DNA of 61,686 bases, filler included. It is 7 parts of 7 records of this genome, joined end to end, with 100 filler letters (N's around TTAATTAATTAA, not from the genome) between each part and the next. Parts side by side here need not be neighbours in the genome. Positions count along the whole stretch, not along the records: positions 37,510 to 55,678 come from SRR22947725_1156; positions 55,779 to 61,686 come from SRR22947725_1157; 5 more parts are not named here. One strand, written 5' to 3'. The translations under genes and the position numbers were made by a program. Each line of letters starts with the position of its first letter. Positions within the stretch are counted from its first letter, which is position 1. This document shows positions 49,628-59,462 of the stretch, one piece after another. Under the pieces are notes generated by a model, which was given only the letters and a program-made list of their open reading frames with translations, was not told the DNA's origin and searched no databases.

Positions 49628-50065
49628 TTAATTATTAATAATTTTTTTTAATACTTTCTTAAAGTTAAGTACCTCTTGAGAATCACATTCTTTAAACGCT
49701 TTGAGTATCCTCTCTTTTTGAATACTAAATATTTCTTCACTAATTTTTTTTCCTTTTTCTGTAAGATGAAGCAATCTTTGTCTACCATCAATCTCACCTT
49801 TGGACTGTGAAATAATTTTATCTTTAATAAGCTCTTGTAACACACGACTTAAGCTTTGTTTTGTAATCTTTAATTTTTTAATTAAATCAGCAACTTTCAT
49901 CCCAGGATTGGCATTCACAGTACAAATGAGTCTATGGTGCGCCCTACCAAAGGAATTTTTTTTCAAAATTTCATAAGGATCTGAGTAAGATTCTGTGTAA
50001 GCCTCTAACATTAATTCAATAATTTCCTTGATGTTGTTTTCTCTTAAATATAAAAAATCATTCAT
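49628..50065 (-). CDS. MarR-family regulator (PetP-like)
   Basis: FGRAHHR, ITKQSLSRVL, DGRQRLL.LT.KG. Confidence 0.9.
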   Translation of the reverse strand: MNDFLYLRENNIKEIIELMLEAYTESYSDPYEILKKNSFGRAHHRLICTVNANPGMKVADLIKKLKITKQSLSRVLQELIKDKIISQSKGEIDGRQRLLHLTEKGKKISEEIFSIQKERILKAFKECDSQEVLNFKKVLKKIINN

Positions 50066-50079
50066 AGTTTATTTATGTA

Positions 50080-50094
50080 GTCAGTATTGCTGAC
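50080..50094. promoter_or_regulatory. Candidate MarR operator
   Basis: GTCAG-N5-CTGAC inverted repeat in the divergent marR/ilvE spacer. Confidence 0.5.
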
Positions 50095-50137
50095 ATATAT
50101 TATATTAAAATTAAAATTAATTGAAAACAATTTATAC

Positions 50138-51019
50138 ATGAGCAACATTCCCTACGATCAAATGACTGGAAAAATATGGCTTGATGGTAGTCTTGTTGAC
50201 TGGAGCGAGGCAAAGCTGCACGTCCTAACCCATGGCCTTCACTATGCAAGCTCGGTTTTTGAAGGAGAGCGAGTATATGATGGTGAGATATTTAAATTAA
50301 CTGAGCACAGCGAAAGACTCATTTATTCTGCAAGCAGACTGGGTTTTGAAATACCTTATTCAATTGAAGAAATTAATTCATTTTGCAGAGAGGTTGTTAA
50401 AGTTCAAAAAATAGAAAATGGATATGTAAGACCCATAGCATGGAGAGGCAGTGAGATGATGGCAGTGTCGGCACAAAATAACACTATTCATTTTGCTATA
50501 GCTGCTTGGGTGTGGGGATCTTATTTTGATCCAAAAATTAAATTGAATGGCATCAAATTGGATATTTCTAAATGGAAAAAGCCAGCTCCAGATTCCATAC
50601 CATGGGATGCTAAAGCTGCAGGAAATTATATGATTAATACACTATCCAAACATGAGGCTGAAAAAAATGGATTTAACGATTCTATGATGCTTGATTACCA
50701 GGGAAATATTGCCGAAGCCACTGGAGCGAATGTTTTTTTTGTTAATCAGGAGCAAACAGAGATTTATACACCTATTGCTGATAGCTTTTTAGACGGGATT
50801 ACAAGAAGAACAGTTATTGAAATAGCAAAAAAATTAAAATTAAAAATTACTGAAAAAAAAATTAAGCCAGATGATTTAAAAAATTATACAGGTTGTTTTT
50901 TAACTGGATCTGCAGCAGAGGTAACGCCTGTGTCACAAATAGGAATATATTCCTTTAAGGTTTTGGACATAATTGGAAGATTGTCAGATGAGTATCAATT
51001 GCTAGTGAGAAAAAAATAG
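50138..51019 (+). CDS. ilvE: Branched-chain amino acid aminotransferase
   Basis: HGLHYASSVFEG, AKAAGNY, EATGANVF, LDGITR, TGSAAEV; ATG at 50138 preferred over TTG at 50087. Confidence 0.94.
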   Translation: MSNIPYDQMTGKIWLDGSLVDWSEAKLHVLTHGLHYASSVFEGERVYDGEIFKLTEHSERLIYSASRLGFEIPYSIEEINSFCREVVKVQKIENGYVRPIAWRGSEMMAVSAQNNTIHFAIAAWVWGSYFDPKIKLNGIKLDISKWKKPAPDSIPWDAKAAGNYMINTLSKHEAEKNGFNDSMMLDYQGNIAEATGANVFFVNQEQTEIYTPIADSFLDGITRRTVIEIAKKLKLKITEKKIKPDDLKNYTGCFLTGSAAEVTPVSQIGIYSFKVLDIIGRLSDEYQLLVRKK

Positions 51020-51023
51020 TTAC

Positions 51024-51584
51024 TTAATCAATTGCGTGAATTATTCCTTTTTTAATATACGAATATCCAGTAATTAAAGTTAGAAAAGCTGAGAACCAGA
51101 GCAAAGCAATTCCTATTTCAGATCCATAGTTAAAAAGCAATTTATCTCCTGAGGATCCGGTAAGCAAAACAGAAATAGCGAACATCTGAAAAAAAGTTTT
51201 TATTTTTGCCATATTGGATACTGGCATTTTTAATCTGAATTTTGCCAAGTACTCTCTTAAACCAGATACTAAAATTTCCCTAGAAACTATAATGATTGCA
51301 GCAATTACCTCTTGTCCTTCTATTTGTTTGCTTGAAACCAGAAGCACAAGGGCTGTAACAACAATAATTTTATCTGCAATAGGATCTAGCAATTCTCCAA
51401 GTTTAGATTGCTGTTTTAGCAATCTTGCAAAAAAACCATCTAAAAAATCGGTAAAACTTGCAAGAACAAAAATTGAAAAAGAGAGCCAATTGCCCAAACT
51501 GCCAGGAAGAAAAAATGCGAATACTAGAAAAGGAACCAAAATTAAGCGTCCAATAGTTAGAATATTAGGTATTTTAAAAATCAT
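51024..51584 (-). CDS. pgsA: CDP-diacylglycerol--glycerol-3-phosphate 3-phosphatidyltransferase
   Basis: PNILT..R, TDFLDG..AR...S.LG..LDP.ADK; follows uvrC. Confidence 0.96.
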   Translation of the reverse strand: MIFKIPNILTIGRLILVPFLVFAFFLPGSLGNWLSFSIFVLASFTDFLDGFFARLLKQQSKLGELLDPIADKIIVVTALVLLVSSKQIEGQEVIAAIIIVSREILVSGLREYLAKFRLKMPVSNMAKIKTFFQMFAISVLLTGSSGDKLLFNYGSEIGIALLWFSAFLTLITGYSYIKKGIIHAID

Positions 51585-53431
51585 AAAAAATTCTTATTAA
51601 GATGAAAATAATTATATATTTTTTTTGCGATTAATTCACTAATTCCGTCCACTTTCTTCAAATCTTCAAGGCTAGCTCCTTCGATAGTTTTTGCCGAACC
51701 AAAGTGATTTAGTAATGTTTTTTTTCTATTGCGTCCGATTCCAGGTATCTCATCCAATGGAGATACTAAAAAAGATTTTTTCCTTTTTTTTCTATGAGTG
51801 AATATTGCAAATCTATGAGCCTCATCCCTTAGTCTTTGCATAAAAAAAAGCAGTGGATTATTTTTTTCTAATTTAATTATTCTATTATTGTAAATGAATG
51901 TTTCATTTCCATCATTTCTATTTTTTCCTTTAGCGATAGCAATAATTGGTAACTGGTGAAAACCTAATTGATCTAGTTTGCTTCTTACCACGGAATATTG
52001 ACCCTTACCCCCATCAATAATAAGAAGGTCAGGGACATTGTCACTTTCAGATTGCTTTACTAGTTTAGAAAATCTTCTTTCTATTACCTCATTCATCATA
52101 CCGTAGTCATCACCAGGATTAATATTTTTATTTTTTATATCAAATTTTCTATATCTATTTTTTAAAAATCCTTCTTTGCCAAAGCTTACAAAAATCCCAA
52201 TAGCATTCGTTCCTTGAGTATGACTGTTGTCATAAATTTCAATTAGAGTTGGGGCAAAACCTAAGTTAAACTTATCTCTAAGCAGTGTTAACGAATTATT
52301 ATTTTGGTCTGAGTCAAATATTTTTCTTTGCAAGCTTTCTTTGGCATTTTTAACTGCCATGTTGATAATGGCTACCTCACTTTTTTTTTTCGGTATTTTA
52401 AAACTTATTTTTTTCTTATTTTTTCTCTCTAGGGCTTTTTGCAAAAGGTCTAAATTCTTAGGCTTGATATTTAATACAATTTGACTGGGCGGTATTTTGT
52501 TTTCATAAAATTGAGCTAAGAAAGCATCCATAACTTCAGATTCGCTATTTTCCAAATCGTGTTTGGGAAAAAAACATTGATTACCCCAGTTTTGTTTGGA
52601 CCTATAAAAAAAAACTACAATACATGAAATATTAGAACTTCTATAAGAAACCACAACATCAGCATCTATAAAATTATCTTTATTAATTTGTTGAGAAGAT
52701 TGAATGTAAGTTAAGGACTTAATTCTATCTCTAAATATTGCTGCTTTTTCAAAATCAAGATTTTTGCTAGCCACTTCCATCTCTTTTGAAAATTTTTGTT
52801 GTATAGACCTTGATTTTCCATTTAAAAAATCAATACAGTTTTGAACAGATATTTTGTAATTTATTTTTTCAATTTCATTTGTGCAGGGAGCTGAGCACCT
52901 TTTAATTTGATATAGCATGCACGGGCGTGTCCTGTTTTTAAAAGTGTTATCATCACAAACTCTTATTTGAAAAACTTTTTGAAGCATTTTAATAGTCCAA
53001 TTAGCTGAAGCAACAGAAGCAAAGGGGCCAAAATACAAGTCTTGATCGTTATGCTTCCCTCTAAATTTTGTCAGTTGTGGCCAGGAATCGCTCATGCGTA
53101 TTTGTATATAGGGAAAGGATTTGTCATCCTTTAGCAGGACATTGTATCTTGGTTTGAATTTTTTAATTAAGTTAGCTTCGAGGAGCAAAGCCTCTGACTC
53201 ATTACTGGTAGTTATTATTTCCAACTCTTTAATAGCGGAAATAAGTCGTTGAGTTCTAATCGCCAATCCAGAACTAGATGTATAGTTTTGAAGTCTCTTT
53301 GGAAGATTTTTTGCCTTACCAATATAAATAATTCTATTTTTATTGTCTAAAAATTTATAGATACCTGGACTATTAGGAATATTTTTGATCTTTGATTTAA
53401 CTAATAATTTGCCACTTTCTAATAGATCCAT
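51581..53431 (-). CDS. uvrC: Excinuclease ABC subunit C
   Basis: GIY-YIG (PGIY...IYIGKAKNL), DNSH, IDGGKGQ, RDEAHRFA, HhH. Confidence 0.97.
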   Translation of the reverse strand: MDLLESGKLLVKSKIKNIPNSPGIYKFLDNKNRIIYIGKAKNLPKRLQNYTSSSGLAIRTQRLISAIKELEIITTSNESEALLLEANLIKKFKPRYNVLLKDDKSFPYIQIRMSDSWPQLTKFRGKHNDQDLYFGPFASVASANWTIKMLQKVFQIRVCDDNTFKNRTRPCMLYQIKRCSAPCTNEIEKINYKISVQNCIDFLNGKSRSIQQKFSKEMEVASKNLDFEKAAIFRDRIKSLTYIQSSQQINKDNFIDADVVVSYRSSNISCIVVFFYRSKQNWGNQCFFPKHDLENSESEVMDAFLAQFYENKIPPSQIVLNIKPKNLDLLQKALERKNKKKISFKIPKKKSEVAIINMAVKNAKESLQRKIFDSDQNNNSLTLLRDKFNLGFAPTLIEIYDNSHTQGTNAIGIFVSFGKEGFLKNRYRKFDIKNKNINPGDDYGMMNEVIERRFSKLVKQSESDNVPDLLIIDGGKGQYSVVRSKLDQLGFHQLPIIAIAKGKNRNDGNETFIYNNRIIKLEKNNPLLFFMQRLRDEAHRFAIFTHRKKRKKSFLVSPLDEIPGIGRNRKKTLLNHFGSAKTIEGASLEDLKKVDGISELIAKKIYNYFHLNKNFL

Positions 53432-53844
53432 TACTTTTTATGCTTACTGATTTGAAATCCTACCGAAGCTCCTTTTTTTAAAATATCTAATTTTTCTATT
53501 TCCAGTTCAATAGCTGTAATTTTTTTATTTTTTAAAATATCTTTGACTATTAATTCTCCTAAAATTTCTAAAAAATTAATTTTTTTATCTAAAATGTTTT
53601 TTATAATTCTGATGATGCCATCGTAGTCCACTATTGTATTTAGATTGTTATCATTAAATTTTATTTTACGATCAATCTCTAGTTTAATATTAAATTTCAA
53701 TTTTTGTTTTTGGACCTTTTCTTTAGGGTAGTATCCAAAAATTGTATTTATAATAAGATTTTTAATAAGAATTTTTTTGACAAGTTTTGAAGAGACGGGC
53801 CTCTCAATAAGTTGCATTACCCTATTTTTTTTGAGATTTTTCAT
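53431..53844 (-). CDS. folB: Dihydroneopterin aldolase
   Basis: FG..PKE..QKQ, VDYD, FLE.L, SVG; next to pteridine-reductase-like SDR. Confidence 0.8.
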   Translation of the reverse strand: MKNLKKNRVMQLIERPVSSKLVKKILIKNLIINTIFGYYPKEKVQKQKLKFNIKLEIDRKIKFNDNNLNTIVDYDGIIRIIKNILDKKINFLEILGELIVKDILKNKKITAIELEIEKLDILKKGASVGFQISKHKK

Positions 53845-53847
53845 TTT

Positions 53848-54600
53848 CTATTCTTTTACATTGATAAGGTCTGGAGTTTTCCAGGCGAGATTTTGACCAC
53901 TGTCTACTGGAACAGTTAATCCAGTAATAGAATCATTGCCTAAAATAAATTCTATTGTTTTACAAATATTAATGACCTTTGTTTGCTTTTTTAAAATTGT
54001 ATTTTTAAATTGTTTTTCAAAATGTTTTTGGGATTGTCTTTTATTTTTCATCACTGGGCCAGGGGCTATTGCATTGACTCTAATTTTTGGAGCAAATTTC
54101 ATAGCCAGCGTCTTGGTTAGTGTCTCTAGGCCAGCTTTACTAAGAGTGTAAGATAAAAAATAGGGAGTTAGCTTGAAGATTCTTTGATCTATAATATTAA
54201 TAATATTGCCGTGAATATTTTTTTTTTGCTTCGCAAATTCACCAGAAAGTATAGCGGGTGCTTTTAAGTTAACATCAAAGTGTGACTGCCACCTTTGATT
54301 GTTAAAATTTAAGATATCATCATTTTCAAAAATTGAAGCACAATTGATAAGGCAATCTATTGTTCCCATTTTTTTCTTTGCTACTTTTAATATCGATCTT
54401 GTCTCATTGGGCTTTGACAGGTCTCCCTTTACAATCATACACAGAACCCCCATAGAAATAATTTTCTTTTTAAGAGCAGTTGCCTCTTTTTTAGATTTAT
54501 GAAAATGAATTACTATATTCCATCCTTTTTTTGCAAAAAAAATAGAGATTTCCTTTCCAATTCTTTGTGCCCCTCCAGTAATAAGGATATTTTTTTTCAT
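53848..54600 (-). CDS. SDR, pteridine reductase / FolM-like
   Basis: TGGAQRIG, IVIHF, YTLSK, RVNAIAPG; upstream of folB. Confidence 0.88.
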   Translation of the reverse strand: MKKNILITGGAQRIGKEISIFFAKKGWNIVIHFHKSKKEATALKKKIISMGVLCMIVKGDLSKPNETRSILKVAKKKMGTIDCLINCASIFENDDILNFNNQRWQSHFDVNLKAPAILSGEFAKQKKNIHGNIINIIDQRIFKLTPYFLSYTLSKAGLETLTKTLAMKFAPKIRVNAIAPGPVMKNKRQSQKHFEKQFKNTILKKQTKVINICKTIEFILGNDSITGLTVPVDSGQNLAWKTPDLINVKE

Positions 54601-55678
54601 TTATCTTTTTTTCTTTACTTTTGTGCCTGCTTTGCCCTGAGTTGATCTTCCATACAATGAGTTATTAGGTCCATATTTTTGTATACTTGAGTTAATAGCC
54701 AATCCTAAATCCGAATTTTCTAATTTTTTTATTTCATCTCTTATTTTGGCAGCCTTTTCAAATTCCAGGTTGTCTGCTGAAATATGCATGTCTTTTTTCA
54801 GAGATTTTAAGTGTTTTTTTAAATTACCACCAATTTCTATATTTTTTTCAACATTCAAGTAATCTTTCTCATAGACACTTTCGAGGATATCTCCAATTTC
54901 TTTCTGAATACTTTGAGCTGTAATATTATTTTTTTTATTAAAAAGTTCCTGCTTTGACCTTCTTCTATCAGTCTCTTCAATCGCTTTTTTTATACTTTTA
55001 GTTTCTTTATCAGCATATAAAATAACTTTTCCCTCCACATTTCTTGCTGCTCTACCGATTGTTTGTATTAACGAGGTTTCTGATCTAAGAAATCCTTCTT
55101 TGTCAGCATCTAGAATTGCTACTAATGCGCATTCTGGAATGTCTAAGCCTTCTCGCAAAAGATTTATTCCTACTAAAACGTCAAAAACTCCTAGTCTCAA
55201 GTCTCTAATAATTTCAATTCTTTCCAGGGTGTCAATTTCTGAATGCATGTATCTTACCTTAATTCCATTTTCATCTAAATATTCAGTAAGATCTTCAGCC
55301 ATTTTTTTAGTTAATGTAGTTGCTAAAACTCTTTGTTTTTTTTTAACAATTTTTAAACATTCTGAAAGTAGGTCATCCACTTGATTTTTTGCAGGACGAA
55401 TAAAGATGTCCGGGTCTGTTAATCCTGTGGGTCTGATAATTTGTTCTGCAAATACACCCTTTGACTGATCTAATTCCCAGTCTCCAGGAGTGGCTGAAAC
55501 AAATATAGTTTCAGATCTCATCATGTCCCATTCTTCAAATTTTAGGGGCCTGTTATCCATGCAGGAAGGTAATCTAAATCCATAGTCAGAAAGAGTTTTT
55601 TTTCTTGTATGGTCTCCTTTATACATTCCATTAAGCTGAGGTACTGTCACATGACTTTCATCTACAAAAATAATTGCA
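54601..55678 (-). CDS. uvrB: Excinuclease ABC subunit B, 5'-truncated
   Basis: [40 protein letters not shown]. Confidence 0.97.
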
Positions 55679-55778
55679 NNNNNNNNNNNNNNNNNNNNNN
55701 NNNNNNNNNNNNNNNNNNNNNNTTAATTAATTAANNNNNNNNNNNNNNNNNNNNNNNNNNNNNNNNNNNNNNNNNNNN
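55679..55778. other. Artificial contig spacer
   Basis: 44 N + TTAATTAATTAA + 44 N. Confidence 0.97.
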
Positions 55779-55863
55779 GACAAAAGATGGTTTTTATAAA
55801 GGTAGACTTGTAAAAGATTTAAGAAAAGTTGAAAAAGAAGAGGCTGAAGATATAACAGCTTAA
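55779..55863 (+). CDS. rpmF: 50S ribosomal protein L32, C-terminal fragment
   Basis: TKDGFYKGRLV resembles the proteobacterial L32 DG.Y.GR.V end; directly upstream of fabD. Confidence 0.75.
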
Positions 55864-55866
55864 CTT

Positions 55867-56787
55867 ATGCCTAGGCACATAAGTTTACTTTTTCCAGGTC
55901 AAGGATCTCAATCTTTGAATATGTTGAGTACCTTTTCATCTTCTGAAATTAATTCCGTCTCTAATACTGTTAATAATGCTTTAGATATAGATATCATCGA
56001 TTGTATTAAGAATGGCCCAGATGAAATACTTAATCAGACATCAATCACTCAACCGGCTATATTAATAACGTCTTATCTTTATTATCAAAGATTTATCAAT
56101 GATACTGGAATAGTTCCAGATATATTTGCTGGACATTCATTGGGTGAATATTCAGCACTATTAGCTTCAGAATCTATAGATTTGTTATCAGCTATATCTT
56201 TAGTTCATAAAAGAGGCAAATATATGGAGAATGCAGAATCTGGATCTATGTATGCAATATTAAATTTCGACCTTTCTTTGATTAAAACTATTTGCGAAGA
56301 GGTTGAGAGTCTAACAGGACAGACAGTTAGCGCAGCAAATATCAACTCTATCAATCAAATTGTTATAGCAGGAAATGATAATTCAACAAAGATTGTGGCA
56401 GATAGATGCAAAGATGCTGGTGCTAAAAGATGTATCCAGCTTAAGGTGAGTGTTGCCTCTCATTGTGCTTTGATGAATGATGCTGCTGACATGCTTGAAC
56501 AAGAGCTTAATAGTATTTCAATCAATGAACCAAAAACAACTGTGATTCATAATTATGATGCTTTACCGAGCAAGAATTCATCAGATATTAAATTAAAATT
56601 AAAAAAACAACTTTTCAATCCTGTTCAATGGGTTGATACTATGAATAAAATTAGAAAGTATGATGGGCTTGTTATTGAGTGCGGTCCTGGAAAGGTGTTA
56701 AGTGGTCTTGCAAAGACTAATGGTTTAAATAATATATTATCAATGACATCATCAACATTCAAAGATGAGCTAAATGAATTATTATGA
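55867..56787 (+). CDS. fabD: Malonyl-CoA:ACP transacylase
   Basis: FPGQGSQ, TQPA, GHSLGEY, VASH, PVQW, GPGKVL.GL. Confidence 0.97.
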   Translation: MPRHISLLFPGQGSQSLNMLSTFSSSEINSVSNTVNNALDIDIIDCIKNGPDEILNQTSITQPAILITSYLYYQRFINDTGIVPDIFAGHSLGEYSALLASESIDLLSAISLVHKRGKYMENAESGSMYAILNFDLSLIKTICEEVESLTGQTVSAANINSINQIVIAGNDNSTKIVADRCKDAGAKRCIQLKVSVASHCALMNDAADMLEQELNSISINEPKTTVIHNYDALPSKNSSDIKLKLKKQLFNPVQWVDTMNKIRKYDGLVIECGPGKVLSGLAKTNGLNNILSMTSSTFKDELNELL

Positions 56788-57500
56788 ATAAAGAAGTAGT
56801 ATTTATATCCGGTGCCTCTCGTGGAATTGGTACTGCTATTGCTAAAAATTTTGCTGATCTTGGTCATACGGTAATCGGCACATCTAGGTCTAGTTTCACA
56901 TTTGACACAAAAGATAAAAATTTAATACCTATTTCATTAGACATTACGAATAGAGAGTCTATTGCTCAATGTATGAATTTCCTAAAAGAAAATAACTTTA
57001 CACCCTCAGTCTTAATAAACAATGCTGGTATAACATCAGATCAATTATTTTTAAGAATGAAGGATGATGAATGGGATAATGTGATTGCTACTAATCTAAC
57101 TGGTACCTTCAATCTAACAAGAGCTCTCATTAAAGGAATGATAAAAAATCGATATGGAAGAATTATAAATATTTCATCCGTTTCTGGTTTGATGGGAAAT
57201 CCTGGCCAAGTTAACTATTCTTCTGCTAAAGCTGGATTGAGTGGTTTCACTAAATCCTTAGCAAAAGAAGTGGGCTCTAGGGGGATAACTGTAAACTCTA
57301 TTGCTCCAGGTTTTATTGAGACTGATATGACATCGTATCTCGATGCTGATGCAAAGGAGAAGCTAATAAATGATATTCCTTTAAATAGACTAGGTGCTGT
57401 TGATGATATATCTGAATTAGCAGTTTTTTTAGCAGGTAAAGATGCTTCATATATTACAGGTCAAACCATCTCTGTAGATGGCGGCCTGTTTATGTATTGA
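56784..57500 (+). CDS. fabG: 3-oxoacyl-ACP reductase
   Basis: GASRGIG, NNAGIT.D....RMK, GNPGQVNYSSAK, PGFIETDMT. Confidence 0.96.
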   Translation: MNKEVVFISGASRGIGTAIAKNFADLGHTVIGTSRSSFTFDTKDKNLIPISLDITNRESIAQCMNFLKENNFTPSVLINNAGITSDQLFLRMKDDEWDNVIATNLTGTFNLTRALIKGMIKNRYGRIINISSVSGLMGNPGQVNYSSAKAGLSGFTKSLAKEVGSRGITVNSIAPGFIETDMTSYLDADAKEKLINDIPLNRLGAVDDISELAVFLAGKDASYITGQTISVDGGLFMY

Positions 57501-57573
57501 TATCTTGGTCCTAAAAAATTGTACATCTTCTTATAATTCGATGTAAAATGCTGCTTTTTACTTTGGAGTAATT

Positions 57574-57804
57574 ATGAGTATTGAAGATAGAGTTAAAAAA
57601 ATAGTCAGCGATCAACTTGGAAAATCTATTGATGAGATTCAAAGTGATTCATCTTTTGTAGATGACTTAGGTGCTGATTCTTTAGATACAGTTGAATTGG
57701 TTATGGCTTTAGAGGAAGAGTTTGATATAGAAATTGCAGATGAAGACGCTGAAAAAATTTCAACTGTAAATGAGGCTGTTGATTACATCAATTCAAATTC
57801 TTAA
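57574..57804 (+). CDS. acpP: Acyl carrier protein
   Basis: [20 protein letters not shown]. Confidence 0.98.
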   Translation: MSIEDRVKKIVSDQLGKSIDEIQSDSSFVDDLGADSLDTVELVMALEEEFDIEIADEDAEKISTVNEAVDYINSNS

Positions 57805-57865
57805 AAACTATTCCAAAAATAATTTTTTAAGTTTTTAAATAACTATTCTAAATTAGAATAATTTT

Positions 57866-57902
57866 AACGAGATTTCATAGTAATATGGAATCTCGTTTTT
57901 TT
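57866..57902 (+). terminator. Intrinsic terminator after acpP
   Basis: 14-bp stem AACGAGATTTCATA / TATGGAATCTCGTT (one G-U pair), GTAA loop, T run. Confidence 0.8.
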
Positions 57903-57921
57903 ATGGGATTAAAATAGATTA

Positions 57922-58872
57922 ATGTTATCGATAAGAAATATATTCTTACTATTAATTGCTATAGCATCTATTATTGGTCCTTATATAGCTTTACTTAATT
58001 CAACCTCGTCGGTTTCCTTGATAACTATTGAAAAAGGCGATTCTATGTATGGAGTTATTTCAAAGTTAGTGCCAAATACTGCTCTAAATAAGCTTTTTTT
58101 TAAAATACATATCAAACAGAATCAGATCGAATCCTTTAAAGCAGGTGAATATAACATCTCACAAATGACTATTGCAAAAAGCATCGATGCCTTTAATAAA
58201 GGAGATAGTTTCACAAGGTCTTTGCAAATTAATGAAGGAATAACAATTTTTGACCTAGATATAATTATTAATAATAGTTTGCTTATAAATGATTGTTTAA
58301 ATTTAAATTGCTTGAAAACAGATTATCCATTTAAAGAGGGAGTTCTTTATCCGGATACTTATTTTTATAAGAAGGGTATGAAAGCATCAGAAATATTAAA
58401 AGCTAGTCATGAGATTCTTGATAATAAGTTAACAAATTTATGGGATAAAAAGCCTCAATCAAATATGTTAAATAATAAATTTGAAGCTTTAATACTAGCC
58501 TCTATTATTGAAAAAGAGGCCGGAAACCATCTTGAAAAAAAAGATATAGCTGGTGTATTTTTAAAAAGAATTAGTCTTGGTATGAAGCTTCAAGCGGATC
58601 CAACTATTATTTATGGTTTATTACCTAATTTTGATGGCGATATTAAAAAAACTGATATTCTTGATAAAAATAATAGATACAATACATATATGATTAAAGG
58701 TTTACCTCCTACTCCAATTTCTATTGTTTCAATCACATCTCTTGAAGCAGCTGTTTTAGGTACACCTGGAGATTATCTATTTTTTGTTGCAGATACACCA
58801 ACCTCACATCATTTCTCTAAGACATATGAAGAGCATAAAAGAATGATTAAAAAGATAGATTTAGATAAATGA
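57922..58872 (+). CDS. mltG: Endolytic transglycosylase MltG
   Basis: AGEY, EG.LYPDTY, LASIIEKE, LQADPT, YNTY...GLPPTPI. Confidence 0.95.
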   Translation: MLSIRNIFLLLIAIASIIGPYIALLNSTSSVSLITIEKGDSMYGVISKLVPNTALNKLFFKIHIKQNQIESFKAGEYNISQMTIAKSIDAFNKGDSFTRSLQINEGITIFDLDIIINNSLLINDCLNLNCLKTDYPFKEGVLYPDTYFYKKGMKASEILKASHEILDNKLTNLWDKKPQSNMLNNKFEALILASIIEKEAGNHLEKKDIAGVFLKRISLGMKLQADPTIIYGLLPNFDGDIKKTDILDKNNRYNTYMIKGLPPTPISIVSITSLEAAVLGTPGDYLFFVADTPTSHHFSKTYEEHKRMIKKIDLDK

Positions 58873-59462
58873 AAATAATTAGTTTTGAGGGTATTGAAGG
58901 GGTAGGCAAATCAACTCAAATAAAGCTATTAAATGACTATTTAATAAATAAAGGTTTCAAGACAGAGATATTAAGGGAGCCAGGGTCTACAAGTACCGGT
59001 GAAAAAATTCGTGACATTCTTTTAAATTCACATGATGATCTATCATCAAAAACTGAACTTCTTTTAATGTTTTCTGCTCGAGCACAACTTATTAAAGAAA
59101 AAATTGAAAACTCTACTAATGATTTTATTCTCTTTGATAGGTTTTATGATGCTTCATCTGCCTACCAGGGCTATGGAAGAGACCTTTCACTCAAAGTCAT
59201 TAATAGCTTAATAGAATTCATAGAATGCCCAGTTCCTAATATTACATTTTTATTAGATATTGATGTTAGCGAAGGTTTTGCAAGAAAGGTTGATGATAAA
59301 AAAGATAGAATAGAATCATCTGGTAATACTTTTTTTGAAAATGTTAGAAAGGGTTATTTAGAGCTAAGTAAGAATAACGAAAGAATTAAACTTCTAGATG
59401 CAAAAAAACAAATAGATGATCTGCATCAAGAGATTGTAAGCTTAGTTAAAAAGTATTTATGA
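58869..59462 (+). CDS. tmk: Thymidylate kinase
   Basis: FEGIEGVGKST, REPG, DRF..AS.AYQG. Confidence 0.96.
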   Translation: MKIISFEGIEGVGKSTQIKLLNDYLINKGFKTEILREPGSTSTGEKIRDILLNSHDDLSSKTELLLMFSARAQLIKEKIENSTNDFILFDRFYDASSAYQGYGRDLSLKVINSLIEFIECPVPNITFLLDIDVSEGFARKVDDKKDRIESSGNTFFENVRKGYLELSKNNERIKLLDAKKQIDDLHQEIVSLVKKYL

